Of a stretch of 64,000 bases of DNA, positions 45,940 through 55,456 are shown piece after piece. The stretch is taken from the sequence record MK509462; one strand, written 5' to 3'. Position numbers and translations under genes: made by a program. Source of the DNA: Shigella phage MK-13. Numbering within the stretch: the first letter of the stretch is position 1; each line of letters starts with the position of its first letter. The notes beneath the pieces are model-generated. The model searched no databases and had not been told where the DNA came from. It saw only the letters and a list, made by a program, of their open reading frames with translations.

Positions 45940-47172
45940 TCAGCGTTTCAAGAGTGCCATGAGGTTGACGCTGCTGGGCTTCGACTTGTCTTCAGGCTTG
46001 ACAGCTGTCTTCGGGCGTTCACACACCTCAGATGGTTCCCAGCGCGTACCCTTTTGCAGGTGCCAAATGTGCAGAGGGATGCCAGTATCAAAGAACACAG
46101 GCATCTTCCACTTCTGGACGCCTGGAACGTGCCCTGCAGGAGCCTTTTCGCATAACAGGGTATCTGGTAACCAGAGTGAACGGGCTTCCCAGAGCGCTGC
46201 ACAGGAGTACTCCGGCCAGATGCGTTCCATGTAGTCGATCTCATCCCAGGTACGCTCGGCATCCCACCCAATGTAACGGGTATTCTTCTCACGGAAGAAC
46301 TTCTTCAGCCAGCATGCACCGGAGGTTTCAAAGTTCAGGCGATTGATGAACGTCAGATGCCCGAACTCAGCCACGCATTCCTTGAACGCCTGTTCAAGGT
46401 CGGCCTCAAGGATGTCACACTCTTCATCAGTGATAGGACAACCATTGATCTTTTTCTTCCCATGCTTGGTCACCCAATCATCACGGTTGGACAAGAACGC
46501 CGCGCCGTTGCGGTTGGACTCGCTGCCATCACGATCACGCAGCATGAAGCCAGGGACGTCGATATCCCACATATTGCCAAACACCATGTTCAGAGCTTCC
46601 AGGAAGTTCCAGGCGCTCAGGCGGCCGAAGTATTTCCAGGACATCGCCGTTTCCCACAACTTAGTGAACTGGTCGCCCTGGGGCTTGGTCTCCAACATCG
46701 GTCGGAATGCTTCCATCTGGGAGCGCCCTGCCAGCCAGTCAATGTAGGACTGAACACATGGGATCATCTTCGACTTGCGATAGCGGCAGTCGGTATCGAA
46801 GCGCATGCGCTCAAAGTTCAGGTTGTACCAATCAGAGAAGCGCTGCATCTCTTCTTTGGACTGAGGGGGTACAGGGAACTCACTGTAGATTGTCCATGGA
46901 CCGATGGCGTTGTAACAGCAGCCCCAAAGGAATGCCATCCAGATTTTGCGCTCGATCTTCTCAAGCTGCGTGATGCCTTCTGTGACTTCGATCGCATAAT
47001 CCATCAGACGCATCTGCTGGTTGTGCTCTTCGGTGTAGGACAGCGCCTCCACCCAAGCCTTGAGCAGGTACATGCGATTCTCAGGCTTGCGATAATCAAC
47101 AGCCAGGTCAATCGGGTACTTCCATTCAGCCGGGGGTGTATAGCCCGTCGGCATTTTAGATAGATGCGTCAT
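45940..47172 (-). CDS. Large conserved-looking hypothetical protein (Trp/Cys-rich); candidate enzyme of the nucleotide/DNA-modification module
   Basis: 410 aa with no recognisable motif; sits between the kinase/HAD genes and the small-protein cluster. Confidence 0.45.
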   Translation of the reverse strand: MTHLSKMPTGYTPPAEWKYPIDLAVDYRKPENRMYLLKAWVEALSYTEEHNQQMRLMDYAIEVTEGITQLEKIERKIWMAFLWGCCYNAIGPWTIYSEFPVPPQSKEEMQRFSDWYNLNFERMRFDTDCRYRKSKMIPCVQSYIDWLAGRSQMEAFRPMLETKPQGDQFTKLWETAMSWKYFGRLSAWNFLEALNMVFGNMWDIDVPGFMLRDRDGSESNRNGAAFLSNRDDWVTKHGKKKINGCPITDEECDILEADLEQAFKECVAEFGHLTFINRLNFETSGACWLKKFFREKNTRYIGWDAERTWDEIDYMERIWPEYSCAALWEARSLWLPDTLLCEKAPAGHVPGVQKWKMPVFFDTGIPLHIWHLQKGTRWEPSEVCERPKTAVKPEDKSKPSSVNLMALLKR

Positions 47173-47647
47173 CTTTCGCTTCCTCTTCAGGAGCCAGCTG
47201 AATATCTTCCGGTTTCACGAACCCCATCGGGCGTTCCCACATATCGATAAAGCGACGGTCAGCGGTCACGAACCACAGACGGGCTGCAGTGTGGGTCTTA
47301 CCCGAGATGAACATCTGGGCATTCGTCTGGGTGCGGAACGGAGCCGCTTGCAGCCACTGACCGAAGTCTTTGGACGACGGGTTGGCGTTCAGCTGGAACT
47401 GAGGGATGACACAGTTCTTTTCAGGGATCAGGCGCACAGCCGTAATGTGCTGGGCGTTTCCGGTGTAGTCAATTGCAACGGCCACAGCATTGCGAGGGAT
47501 TTCGATTTTCATTTTGGTTCCTTGAATATTTTGTAACCAGCAGCGCCGATAGACATCACCGCGCCAATACAGTACATCACAGTCACGTTCAACTTCTCTG
47601 AGGTTGTTAAGTCCAGAGGGGTGAAATGATAGGCCAGGGCAGCGCAC
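47156..47647 (-). CDS. Hypothetical protein
   Basis: 163 aa ORF; true start may be the internal MKIEIP. Confidence 0.35.
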   Translation of the reverse strand: MRCPGLSFHPSGLNNLREVERDCDVLYWRGDVYRRCWLQNIQGTKMKIEIPRNAVAVAIDYTGNAQHITAVRLIPEKNCVIPQFQLNANPSSKDFGQWLQAAPFRTQTNAQMFISGKTHTAARLWFVTADRRFIDMWERPMGFVKPEDIQLAPEEEAKDDASI

Positions 47648-47708
47648 ATTGAAACGGCTGCCATAACCAGACCGACGAATAACAGATAATTAGACAACCG
47701 TTTCATGA

Positions 47709-48626
47709 TCACCCCTTCTTCATCAGGTCAAGGAGAGAGCGCGACGCTGCCTTCGGTGCTTCCGGCTGGGCACTCGCCTTGGTTTTAGTTTTAGATGCCT
47801 TCTGCGGCTTCTCAGGCACTCTGTGCGCCAAAGGATCATTACCGCCGACCTCACGGGTCATCGGATTGGTTTCGCAGTAGGCGTAGAAGTCTTTGGTGTG
47901 CATGTCAACATCGCGCAGTTCAGAGCGTGTCTGATGACAAATCGCATTACCCACAACCCACAGCGGGGCGTCGTATGGGAGCACCGCCAACTCGGACTGC
48001 TGTTTGGTCGTGAACTCCTGGGTGTTGGCCTCTGGTGCTTTATACAGGATATCCTGTCCGCTGTAATCATCAACAGCCACAGTGAAGCCCAGCGTCAACA
48101 TTTCGGTCTTCGATTTCTCAAACTCCTTGGAGTAAGATTCGTTGCGCGACCAGCCGGAGTCCCCTGCTTCTTTACCAGAGCGACCACGGATGCGGGCATC
48201 GTACTGATAGCGGTCGGGGTACGCAAAGTACAGCAGCGCCAATGATTCAATCGGATAATTCTTGAACATCCACTCAGGACGCCATTTGTCCGACAGCATG
48301 AGGGGTTCGCCCTCGCACACCAGAGTGTAACCCTGCGCCAGCCAGCCCTTGACCAGATCACGGGCGATATCACCCGAGCCTGTGGCAGCATGAATGGCGT
48401 CCATGGAAGTCCAGGAAGCCAGGCCGGATTTGTTGGACACAGTGTACTGGCCGACGAAGATCAACTTCAGCTCTTCGAATTTCAGGCCAAACGGGCGCGT
48501 CTTATCACCAATGGTGTAGGTGAGTTCGGTAGGCTCCAGCTTCGTACGGAGCCATTCGATGAACTGTACAACACGAGTACCCTTACCCGTGCCGCTGGTT
48601 CCTTTGATTACGATGATCTTTGCCAT
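47709..48626 (-). CDS. P-loop kinase with adenylate/NMP-kinase-type Walker A (GTSGTGKGT)
   Basis: N-terminal KIIVIKGTSGTGKGTRV resembles the GxPGxGKGT P-loop of NMP kinases; 305 aa. Confidence 0.45.
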   Translation of the reverse strand: MAKIIVIKGTSGTGKGTRVVQFIEWLRTKLEPTELTYTIGDKTRPFGLKFEELKLIFVGQYTVSNKSGLASWTSMDAIHAATGSGDIARDLVKGWLAQGYTLVCEGEPLMLSDKWRPEWMFKNYPIESLALLYFAYPDRYQYDARIRGRSGKEAGDSGWSRNESYSKEFEKSKTEMLTLGFTVAVDDYSGQDILYKAPEANTQEFTTKQQSELAVLPYDAPLWVVGNAICHQTRSELRDVDMHTKDFYAYCETNPMTREVGGNDPLAHRVPEKPQKASKTKTKASAQPEAPKAASRSLLDLMKKG

Positions 48627-48931
48627 TATACAGCATCCTCAATACGCCAGCTCACGCCGCCCATCCATGGTGCCCAGAATACAGCAACCTGTGGGCGGCC
48701 ATTCTCTTCAAACTTCACTTTATACTGGTCGTCGAAGTTATAGAAGATTTCATCCGCTTCAGAGCGCTGACCGATCTCCACCAGTACGTCATGAAGAGCC
48801 TTGGCTGCGCCGATAGGAGTCGGAGTCTCCTGCTGGCGAATGAAGTTGTTGACATGGATAATCACGCCATCCATATCGCTATCACCGGAACGCTTGTCTG
48901 GGGTTTCCCCAAACTTGGATTGTTCTTGCAC
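48626..48931 (-). CDS. Hypothetical protein
   Basis: 101 aa ORF. Confidence 0.35.
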   Translation of the reverse strand: MQEQSKFGETPDKRSGDSDMDGVIIHVNNFIRQQETPTPIGAAKALHDVLVEIGQRSEADEIFYNFDDQYKVKFEENGRPQVAVFWAPWMGGVSWRIEDAV

Positions 48932-48940
48932 GATGTCCTC

Positions 48941-49720
48941 CTATCGGACGTATTGATAATGACCAATCAAGCGGTTCACCACTTCAACAATATTGTGATT
49001 CAGGAAGTCGAAGTGGTTCTGGCCTTCTACTGGTTTAATATAAAGCATATCTTCCGAGTTCGAAAGATCCAGTTTTTCATAATTGCCCTGAGGAACAAAG
49101 ATGACGAAGATATTGTTCAGGCCGCACGGCTCAACATACTTCGGATTGTCATCAATCAAGACATCGCCTGCCAGCAGATGCTTTTCGTCAGTACTGACAA
49201 ATCCGTTGAAGATACCAGGGAACTTGTCGTAGACAAACTGGCGCTTGCTGCGCTCGTGTTCCGGCTCACACTTGGACACTGCGATGAATTCAACATTGTC
49301 AAAGTCTTCGAGCAGAATCTTCTTCAGATTCACCAGGAACTCGTAAGCACCAGGAAGCGGGTTCATCTTGGCGTACAGGTCAGGGCGACGCCACCAGTCC
49401 ATAGGATCACGCCCTGTAGGAGCATACATCCATTGCCCAGCGAGGTACACGCGGCGTATCAACCACGCCGGATGTGCACGTTCTCGCATCAGAATAGCCA
49501 GGTCGCCAGCATGAGCCATATAGCACTCTTTGGTGATCGGCTGGAACTGATATGACTTATGTTCCCCCGTAGCAATAGCAGCGGCAGCGATGTTCTCTTC
49601 GTTGAACCACTGCACCCAAGGGGAGAGGCTGTCGACCAGCGTCAGGTCAACATCCACGAGGACGCGATACAGACCACCGACCTTTGATTTCATATCATAG
49701 AGACAGACCAGGTTGTTCAT
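48941..49720 (-). CDS. HAD-superfamily phosphatase-like protein (possible 5'(3')-deoxyribonucleotidase or polynucleotide phosphatase)
   Basis: HAD motif I-like VLVDVDLTLVDS near the N-terminus. Confidence 0.4.
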   Translation of the reverse strand: MNNLVCLYDMKSKVGGLYRVLVDVDLTLVDSLSPWVQWFNEENIAAAAIATGEHKSYQFQPITKECYMAHAGDLAILMRERAHPAWLIRRVYLAGQWMYAPTGRDPMDWWRRPDLYAKMNPLPGAYEFLVNLKKILLEDFDNVEFIAVSKCEPEHERSKRQFVYDKFPGIFNGFVSTDEKHLLAGDVLIDDNPKYVEPCGLNNIFVIFVPQGNYEKLDLSNSEDMLYIKPVEGQNHFDFLNHNIVEVVNRLIGHYQYVR

Positions 49721-50067
49721 TTGTCTTCCTCAACTTTGTCGTAGCCCGTAGCAACGCACTGTTCTTCGGTACAATCCGCATACAGAACAACAGACGCCTG
49801 CTTCACGTAGGTGGTGCAGTGGTAGGTTTCGTCTTCCTGGATGGAATCGTCATAGTTGCAGACAGTTTGGAGCGGACCTGGGGTGGTGTTATCCAGCGCT
49901 GCATGTGCCTTGATGGTGTCTTCCATCTTGGCCACGGCTTGTTCGTTGGTGAACGTCGGCGCGTCGAGGTCAGGGGTTGACACGACGTCCGCCAGGGTAG
50001 AGCATGCGGTGGTAGAGAAAGCCAGAGCGCACACCAGAAGAATCTTATTGAGTTTCATTTCAATCAC
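49717..50067 (-). CDS. Putative lipoprotein
   Basis: Signal peptide with lipobox-like LAFSTTAC; 116 aa. Confidence 0.45.
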   Translation of the reverse strand: MIEMKLNKILLVCALAFSTTACSTLADVVSTPDLDAPTFTNEQAVAKMEDTIKAHAALDNTTPGPLQTVCNYDDSIQEDETYHCTTYVKQASVVLYADCTEEQCVATGYDKVEEDK

Positions 50068-50094
50068 CTGTTTGTCAAAGGGTTAACAGGGGGA

Positions 50095-50124
50095 ATTATA
50101 TCCCCCTTTGGTTTATTGAATCAA
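50095..50124 (-). promoter_or_regulatory. Sigma70-like promoter (-35 TTGATT, 18-nt spacer, -10 TATAAT inside a GGGGG/CCCCC hairpin) upstream of the lipoprotein gene
   Basis: Minus strand aaggTTGATTcaataaaccaaagggggaTATAATtccccc; overlaps the polymerase stop; approximate coordinates. Confidence 0.45.
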
Positions 50125-53120
50125 CCTTTCTTCTTTTGCATCATGGCAAGAAGGTTCACACGACGCTTGTGTGACCAGCCGACCACGTCAAGGATGGACT
50201 GAATCGGGTCGATGAAGGACTTCTCAAAGGCTGTGTGGTAATCCACCCATTTACCCATACCCAGTTCCTCGGGGAAGAACTCAGGATATGCGAAGTAATT
50301 CTGGCCAAACGGGTTGCCATTCTTCAGCAGTACCATGTTGACCTTATCACCCGACTCAATCATTGGCAGGCCGAGGTCTTCGTTCTTCTCAACCAGACGG
50401 TTGTAACCCACACAAGCCTTGGCAGCGTAGTGAGCACCAGAGATGAACGAGCCGTCGGCGGCCACACACTTCTCTATGTCGGACACACCGGATGCCTTGG
50501 CGATATCGTCTACAGAGAGCTTCATGTACTCCTCTTTGTACTGGGAGATGAGCGTCTGTACTTCCTCTTCTGTGCCGAGCAGGATCTTCTCATAGCACTT
50601 GACAAGGCGCTCACGACACCATTCCGGCGTGGTGGACTTACGGGCTTCCAGACCTTTGAACTTGATCTTCGGCTTCTCGTACTTGATACCCTCACTGTCG
50701 TACACGGCCATGGCATACATCTTCTTGGCTCGCCAGACGGCAGCTGATGCAATTACTTCACGCTCCCACACCATGCGCTGTTCAAATCCGTTCATGGTGT
50801 TACACAGAAGCTGTGCCCACTCATTGGTCTTCGGCTGGTAGTTGTCTTTGATCCATTGGTCGATATTATCAACCATAGCATGATGGTCAGTAACATCAGG
50901 CCACAACTGCTTGACAAGACGCTCAATGCAGATGTAGTTGGAGTCGGTATCACCCGCGATGACGAAGTCCTGGCCTGTCGTGCCGCACAGCTTGTTCAGA
51001 TAGTCATCGGTGTAGCGCTTGTTCCACTTGTTGATCAGCTGACCGGACGTTGTGATGGCTTCGGCGATGTTGAGGTTGAAGTACTCTTTGAACCAGACGT
51101 TTGAGATCGCGCCATAGCCCGCGTTCATCAAGATCTTCAGACCTTGCTGTAGGGTCTCTTGAGCAACGCCCAGATCTTCCCACTTCTTCATCACTTCGGT
51201 CAGTGCATCAAGATCGATGTTCTTGTGCTCTTCATACCACTCTGGATCGTAGTAGCGGGACTTCATCGCAGACTCAAGATGGAAGTCACCCTTCGACATC
51301 TCTTTACACCATCCAGCCCACTGCTCGTACTTCAGCCCCTTGGCTTTCTCTACTTTACGGTCGCTGTAGATGCCGCGCATGATTTCAGACAGGAACGACA
51401 TCTTCTCGTTGCTGAAGAACTGAACGTTCGGCGTGAAGGACACGTTGTAGCGGCGCAGGGTTTCAAAGTGGAACTCACCCAGGGCAACCAGTTCATCAAC
51501 AACCTGCAGGCGTTCGTCAATCGCACGCAACAGCTTATCGTGAAGGGCTTTCATCAACCGACGTTTGTGCATCGGTGTTGCCATGTTATTCATCTGAGCA
51601 GCCAGCTCTTCACACATAGCCTCAATGATCTCACGGCGCTGGTGTTTGTCGCCAACGATAGTCTCAGGACCGAGGTTGTATTGCTGGATGATGTGAGGGT
51701 AGAGGGAGTTCAAGTCCTCAGAGAAGACCCAGAAGTAGATTCCTGGTGTCACCTCCATGACGTATGCGCCCTCAAAATCGGTCGGACCATCGTATACACG
51801 CTGGATCTTAGGCACTATCCCCTTCTCATACAGACGATAGTAGCACATGGCCAGCCACGGAGCCACAGTTCCCAGGCCGTCTTCATAGTTGGACTTGGTG
51901 CGGTACGCAAGGACGAACATCAGCTGAAGCAAACGCAGCTTCTGTTCTAGACGCCACACCAGCTTGACGTCCTTGATACCATATCGGGTGTGTTTGGCAT
52001 AGTCGTTGAAGTACAGGTCAAAGAGCGACTTGCTCTCACTGTAGTCCATCTTCTTCTCACCCAGCTCACAGTAAGCAATCCAGTCAAGAGAGTAGCGCTC
52101 ACGGGTGGTGTACGTGTGCTTCTTGTAGATCTGCATATAATCGAGCATAGGACAGCCCACGAACTGATACGTCGTGATATCGCCCTTCTTATCGCGAATG
52201 ATACGCTTCTTGATGACACCCCATGGGCTGAGGCGGTTGGTTTCGGCTTCGCCCAGTACCTGGTTCATGCGCTCAACAAGATACGGGCTATCGAACGTTT
52301 CAATGTTCCAGCCTGTCCAGCCGTCGAACTGACGCTGTGACCAGAAGTCAAGGAAAGATCGCAGCAGATCCTGCTCGGTGACAAACTCCTTGTACTCCAC
52401 CTCAAGTCCACCGATCTCCGCGTCTTCTGGATCGTATCTGAACTTCGCACGATCCTTCGCGCACGGCATACCCCACACCATGAACTTATTGGTCGCCATG
52501 TCCTGAAGCTGGATAAGCGTGATAGGGAACGCCGCATTCATGTCCTGGGTGATCTTGCCATTGCTATCAATGATAGGGAACTGGTCGGTCACGTTGTTGC
52601 TGATAAAGGAACTGGGGAAGTGCTCACGGATGAAGTCATGGTTGGCCAGTACCTGCTGATGGAAGCGGCGGATGCGTGCCTCGCTACCTTTGAACGTCTG
52701 CTGCTCAATAGTCGGATGAGGGAATGGACCCTTGGTCATCTCCCCATCTTTCCACCCGGCGGTGAACACTTCGATATCGAGGTTGGCGATATGGATATTG
52801 GAGTAATCCGGCTCGATCTTCCCAGGAAAGCTGTGGGCGATGAACTGGTATGCATAATCGGTCTGCCCGTAAATGGCTGCACCCTGGACTTCCTTATACT
52901 CCTCAAGGTAGTTGTCGGCAGTGCGCATGTCAGGGAACTTCTTAGAGACCAGGGGTTCGTTGAGCAAGCCGACCTTTTCAACATTTGAATAATCAGCCGT
53001 GGGTAAATAGAGAGTGGGTTCGAATTTCTTTTTCAACAGACGGCGATTACCCATGTCATCTGCGATTCGAATCAACAGGTCATTGCCCCGGCGGGCAACG
53101 TTCGTATAGAAAACGGTCAT
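50121..53120 (-). CDS. DNA polymerase, family B (T4 gp43-like)
   Basis: 999 aa; motif C IAGDTDSNYI, exonuclease and polymerase regions collinear with T4 gp43. Confidence 0.9.
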   Translation of the reverse strand: MTVFYTNVARRGNDLLIRIADDMGNRRLLKKKFEPTLYLPTADYSNVEKVGLLNEPLVSKKFPDMRTADNYLEEYKEVQGAAIYGQTDYAYQFIAHSFPGKIEPDYSNIHIANLDIEVFTAGWKDGEMTKGPFPHPTIEQQTFKGSEARIRRFHQQVLANHDFIREHFPSSFISNNVTDQFPIIDSNGKITQDMNAAFPITLIQLQDMATNKFMVWGMPCAKDRAKFRYDPEDAEIGGLEVEYKEFVTEQDLLRSFLDFWSQRQFDGWTGWNIETFDSPYLVERMNQVLGEAETNRLSPWGVIKKRIIRDKKGDITTYQFVGCPMLDYMQIYKKHTYTTRERYSLDWIAYCELGEKKMDYSESKSLFDLYFNDYAKHTRYGIKDVKLVWRLEQKLRLLQLMFVLAYRTKSNYEDGLGTVAPWLAMCYYRLYEKGIVPKIQRVYDGPTDFEGAYVMEVTPGIYFWVFSEDLNSLYPHIIQQYNLGPETIVGDKHQRREIIEAMCEELAAQMNNMATPMHKRRLMKALHDKLLRAIDERLQVVDELVALGEFHFETLRRYNVSFTPNVQFFSNEKMSFLSEIMRGIYSDRKVEKAKGLKYEQWAGWCKEMSKGDFHLESAMKSRYYDPEWYEEHKNIDLDALTEVMKKWEDLGVAQETLQQGLKILMNAGYGAISNVWFKEYFNLNIAEAITTSGQLINKWNKRYTDDYLNKLCGTTGQDFVIAGDTDSNYICIERLVKQLWPDVTDHHAMVDNIDQWIKDNYQPKTNEWAQLLCNTMNGFEQRMVWEREVIASAAVWRAKKMYAMAVYDSEGIKYEKPKIKFKGLEARKSTTPEWCRERLVKCYEKILLGTEEEVQTLISQYKEEYMKLSVDDIAKASGVSDIEKCVAADGSFISGAHYAAKACVGYNRLVEKNEDLGLPMIESGDKVNMVLLKNGNPFGQNYFAYPEFFPEELGMGKWVDYHTAFEKSFIDPIQSILDVVGWSHKRRVNLLAMMQKKKG

Positions 53121-53181
53121 GTAATTCTCCAGGTTATCCGTGCCGTTAGCACGTGAGCATATTTAACCATAGAGCCATTCA

Positions 53182-53772
53182 TTGACCAAGGAGTTTATTA
53201 TGGCAATCCCCCTCGTTGGTATGATCCCAGGGGCGCTCAAGCAACTCTGGAACCTCGGGACTGATTTGATCCAATATAAGCGGGAAGTTGTTCAAGCCAA
53301 ACACGACGTCAAGCTGGAGGCCATCAAGTCCTCCTCAGATTGGGAGCTGTCTAAGATCACCGAAGTCGGCGGATCTTGGAAAGACGAATTCTGGACTATC
53401 GTGTTAGCCGTACCCGCTATCCTCGTCATGACTGCTCCGGTTGTGGAACTGATTTTGTTCCCTGGTGAGTATCATAAAGGGGATTTCATCAAAGCAGTAA
53501 TCGGTGGCCTCCAGGCGCTCGATACCGCACCTGAATGGTATACCTATTCATTATTGACAGCAATTAGTGCATCATTCGGTATCAAAGGCTACAACCACTA
53601 CAAAAGCAACGGGCGAAAAGCCCAGGCTGTGGATGCTCTCAAGCAGTTTGGGGTCAGGGTCGTACAAAAAGATCCCACTGTTGTTACTCAGTCGGGTGCT
53701 CCCGATCTTGAGTCTGCTCCCCCAGCTGGGTCTACTGCGACCTCTGGTGCGTGGCCTAATCTGAAGAAATAA
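53182..53772 (+). CDS. Membrane protein
   Basis: 196 aa with hydrophobic helices; start may be the second Met. Confidence 0.4.
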   Translation: MTKEFIMAIPLVGMIPGALKQLWNLGTDLIQYKREVVQAKHDVKLEAIKSSSDWELSKITEVGGSWKDEFWTIVLAVPAILVMTAPVVELILFPGEYHKGDFIKAVIGGLQALDTAPEWYTYSLLTAISASFGIKGYNHYKSNGRKAQAVDALKQFGVRVVQKDPTVVTQSGAPDLESAPPAGSTATSGAWPNLKK

Positions 53773-53777
53773 GTTCA

Positions 53778-53805
53778 AGGGGAGGAAACTCCCCTTTCTT
53801 TTGGT
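53778..53805 (+). terminator. Rho-independent terminator (aggggag-gaaa-ctcccct + TTCTTTTGGTGTTT)
   Basis: 7-bp stem with T-rich tail directly after the 53772 stop. Confidence 0.55.
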
Positions 53806-53814
53806 GTTTAGGGA

Positions 53815-54027
53815 ATGAAAGTGGTAAACAAGAGATTGCTCGTCACCCAAGGCGGGGCGACGATAGTGCGCGGAAGGATCTATGAACAGACACAGCTGGG
53901 TGATCACAAGACACGCCTGACTGTTAAGGCTCCCGATGGTGGTTGGCCGACAAAGGTGATTGTCCCAGACGGTCTCATAGAACGAGGGTCGGCAACGTAC
54001 AAGGGAGCAGAGTTCAAAATTTATTAA
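53815..54027 (+). CDS. Hypothetical small protein
   Basis: 70 aa ORF. Confidence 0.3.
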   Translation: MKVVNKRLLVTQGGATIVRGRIYEQTQLGDHKTRLTVKAPDGGWPTKVIVPDGLIERGSATYKGAEFKIY

Positions 54028-54044
54028 AATATTTATTGAATAAA

Positions 54045-54073
54045 GTTTACTTCTTCAATAACTGGCGTATACT
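54045..54073 (+). promoter_or_regulatory. Sigma70-like early promoter (-35 GTTTAC, 17-nt spacer TTCTTCAATAACTGGCG, -10 TATACT)
   Basis: Intergenic 54028..54119 upstream of ATG 54120; approximate coordinates. Confidence 0.45.
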
Positions 54074-54119
54074 TCTAATTGTAGTACGAGCAAACAACAA
54101 TCTGAAGAGAAGGAAATAC

Positions 54120-54680
54120 ATCATGGCAATCGAAATTATCGCTCAATCCAAATCAGGCAAGACTGTAATGTACGGTACTGAAGAAGGCCGCTGCATCATC
54201 AACTACGGCACCATCACTGGCGAGTCTCCAGAGAAAGGCGGTCGCTACCTGGTTGAGTACGGTTCACGCCTGCTGATGGTAAGCAAAGTCGATGGCCGTG
54301 AAATCATGATCCCTCGTAAAGAATACTTTGATTCACGCATTGAAGCCATGCAGTTCTTTTTCTTCCAGAAACGTCACGAACTCTTCGTTGAAGCGAAAGA
54401 CGCAGGTCTGGACGATGCCACTGCCGAACTGATTGCCGAAGGTAAAATGACTCTTGAGGCTGCTCTGGGTGACATGGATTGCGAAGCCGAAGCCCATTAT
54501 ATCGAATATTCCGCTTACCAGAATGAATGTGAAGACGATCCTGAAGACGACGGCTTCGACCCTGACCTTCACGGCGGCGAGGACGACAATACTCCTTCCC
54601 TGGAAGTGATCATGGCAGGCGGTCAGGCCGCTTGGGAGTGGCAGAACGAAAAGAACGCCTGGCTGGATTCCCGTCTTTAA
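54120..54680 (+). CDS. Hypothetical protein with strongly acidic C-terminal half
   Basis: ORF 53943..54680, start placed at ATG 54120 after AGAAGGAAA; C-terminus rich in D/E (EDDPEDDGFDPDLHGGEDD). Confidence 0.45.
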   Translation: MMAIEIIAQSKSGKTVMYGTEEGRCIINYGTITGESPEKGGRYLVEYGSRLLMVSKVDGREIMIPRKEYFDSRIEAMQFFFFQKRHELFVEAKDAGLDDATAELIAEGKMTLEAALGDMDCEAEAHYIEYSAYQNECEDDPEDDGFDPDLHGGEDDNTPSLEVIMAGGQAAWEWQNEKNAWLDSRL

Positions 54681-54727
54681 TATGATGAAGCCCCTGTGGG
54701 GGCTTACTTTGAACTGAAGGACTATAT

Positions 54728-54893
54728 CATGGCAATCGAATATACCGAATCAGAGCACCGGAAGGTGGGCGCGAAATTGGAAGAATTGGCCAAACTCCTC
54801 CGCGAGTACCCATTCTCCGCTGATGTCAAAGAAGAACTCACTCGTGCCATGATGTCTATGGTGACCCTGTTGGCATTTGAAGTATCTGAATGA
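54728..54893 (+). CDS. Hypothetical small protein
   Basis: Start placed at the ATG following the repeated AAGGACTATATC context. Confidence 0.35.
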
Positions 54894-54904
54894 AGGACTA
54901 TATC

Positions 54905-55456
54905 ATGAGCATTCCAAAAACTCCTGTCCGTATCGCTGTTGAGCCTCTGTTGTCGCAGGCCGAAGAAGCTGCCGAGCAGTACGCGAACAAAATCATCAAG
55001 AACGTGATGGACGACCTGGCCGCCAACGGCTGGGATCTTCAGAAGTGCGCTCCTTGGCCATCAACTGTCGGCATCCGAATGGGGCATCACGATTACCATC
55101 GCATGAAGGCAAAGCAGTCTTTGTATATGAGCCTGACTGCCGACAATAACCCACCAACCCGCTCTTATCGACCAGGTGCACCGAACATCGTCAAGGCCGA
55201 TCCAGAGCGCCAACGTCTGTTCATCAAGGAAGCCCGTCGCAACGCTGCACATCAGTATGAGTCTTTCATCTGCAAACTGGAAGACAAGATTGGCGGTCAC
55301 AGCGCGGCTGTGCTGGACGGTTCCCATATTTGGGGGCATTCAATTCTGACCGTGACTACTCCGGAAGGGATCCAGCGCTGGAAGACCCAGACTATCATCA
55401 ACGTGTCGAAGCTGGGTAAACTCTTTAACCAATATCCAACTCGGAAGGTGAAATGA
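54905..55456 (+). CDS. Hypothetical protein
   Basis: Start placed at the ATG following the second AAGGACTATATC context. Confidence 0.45.
   Translation: MSIPKTPVRIAVEPLLSQAEEAAEQYANKIIKNVMDDLAANGWDLQKCAPWPSTVGIRMGHHDYHRMKAKQSLYMSLTADNNPPTRSYRPGAPNIVKADPERQRLFIKEARRNAAHQYESFICKLEDKIGGHSAAVLDGSHIWGHSILTVTTPEGIQRWKTQTIINVSKLGKLFNQYPTRKVK

Noticed and set aside
46357-47163. 268-aa plus-strand ORF opposite the 410-aa minus-strand gene
   Set aside because: Antisense shadow ORF; the region lies in an otherwise uniformly minus-strand gene block
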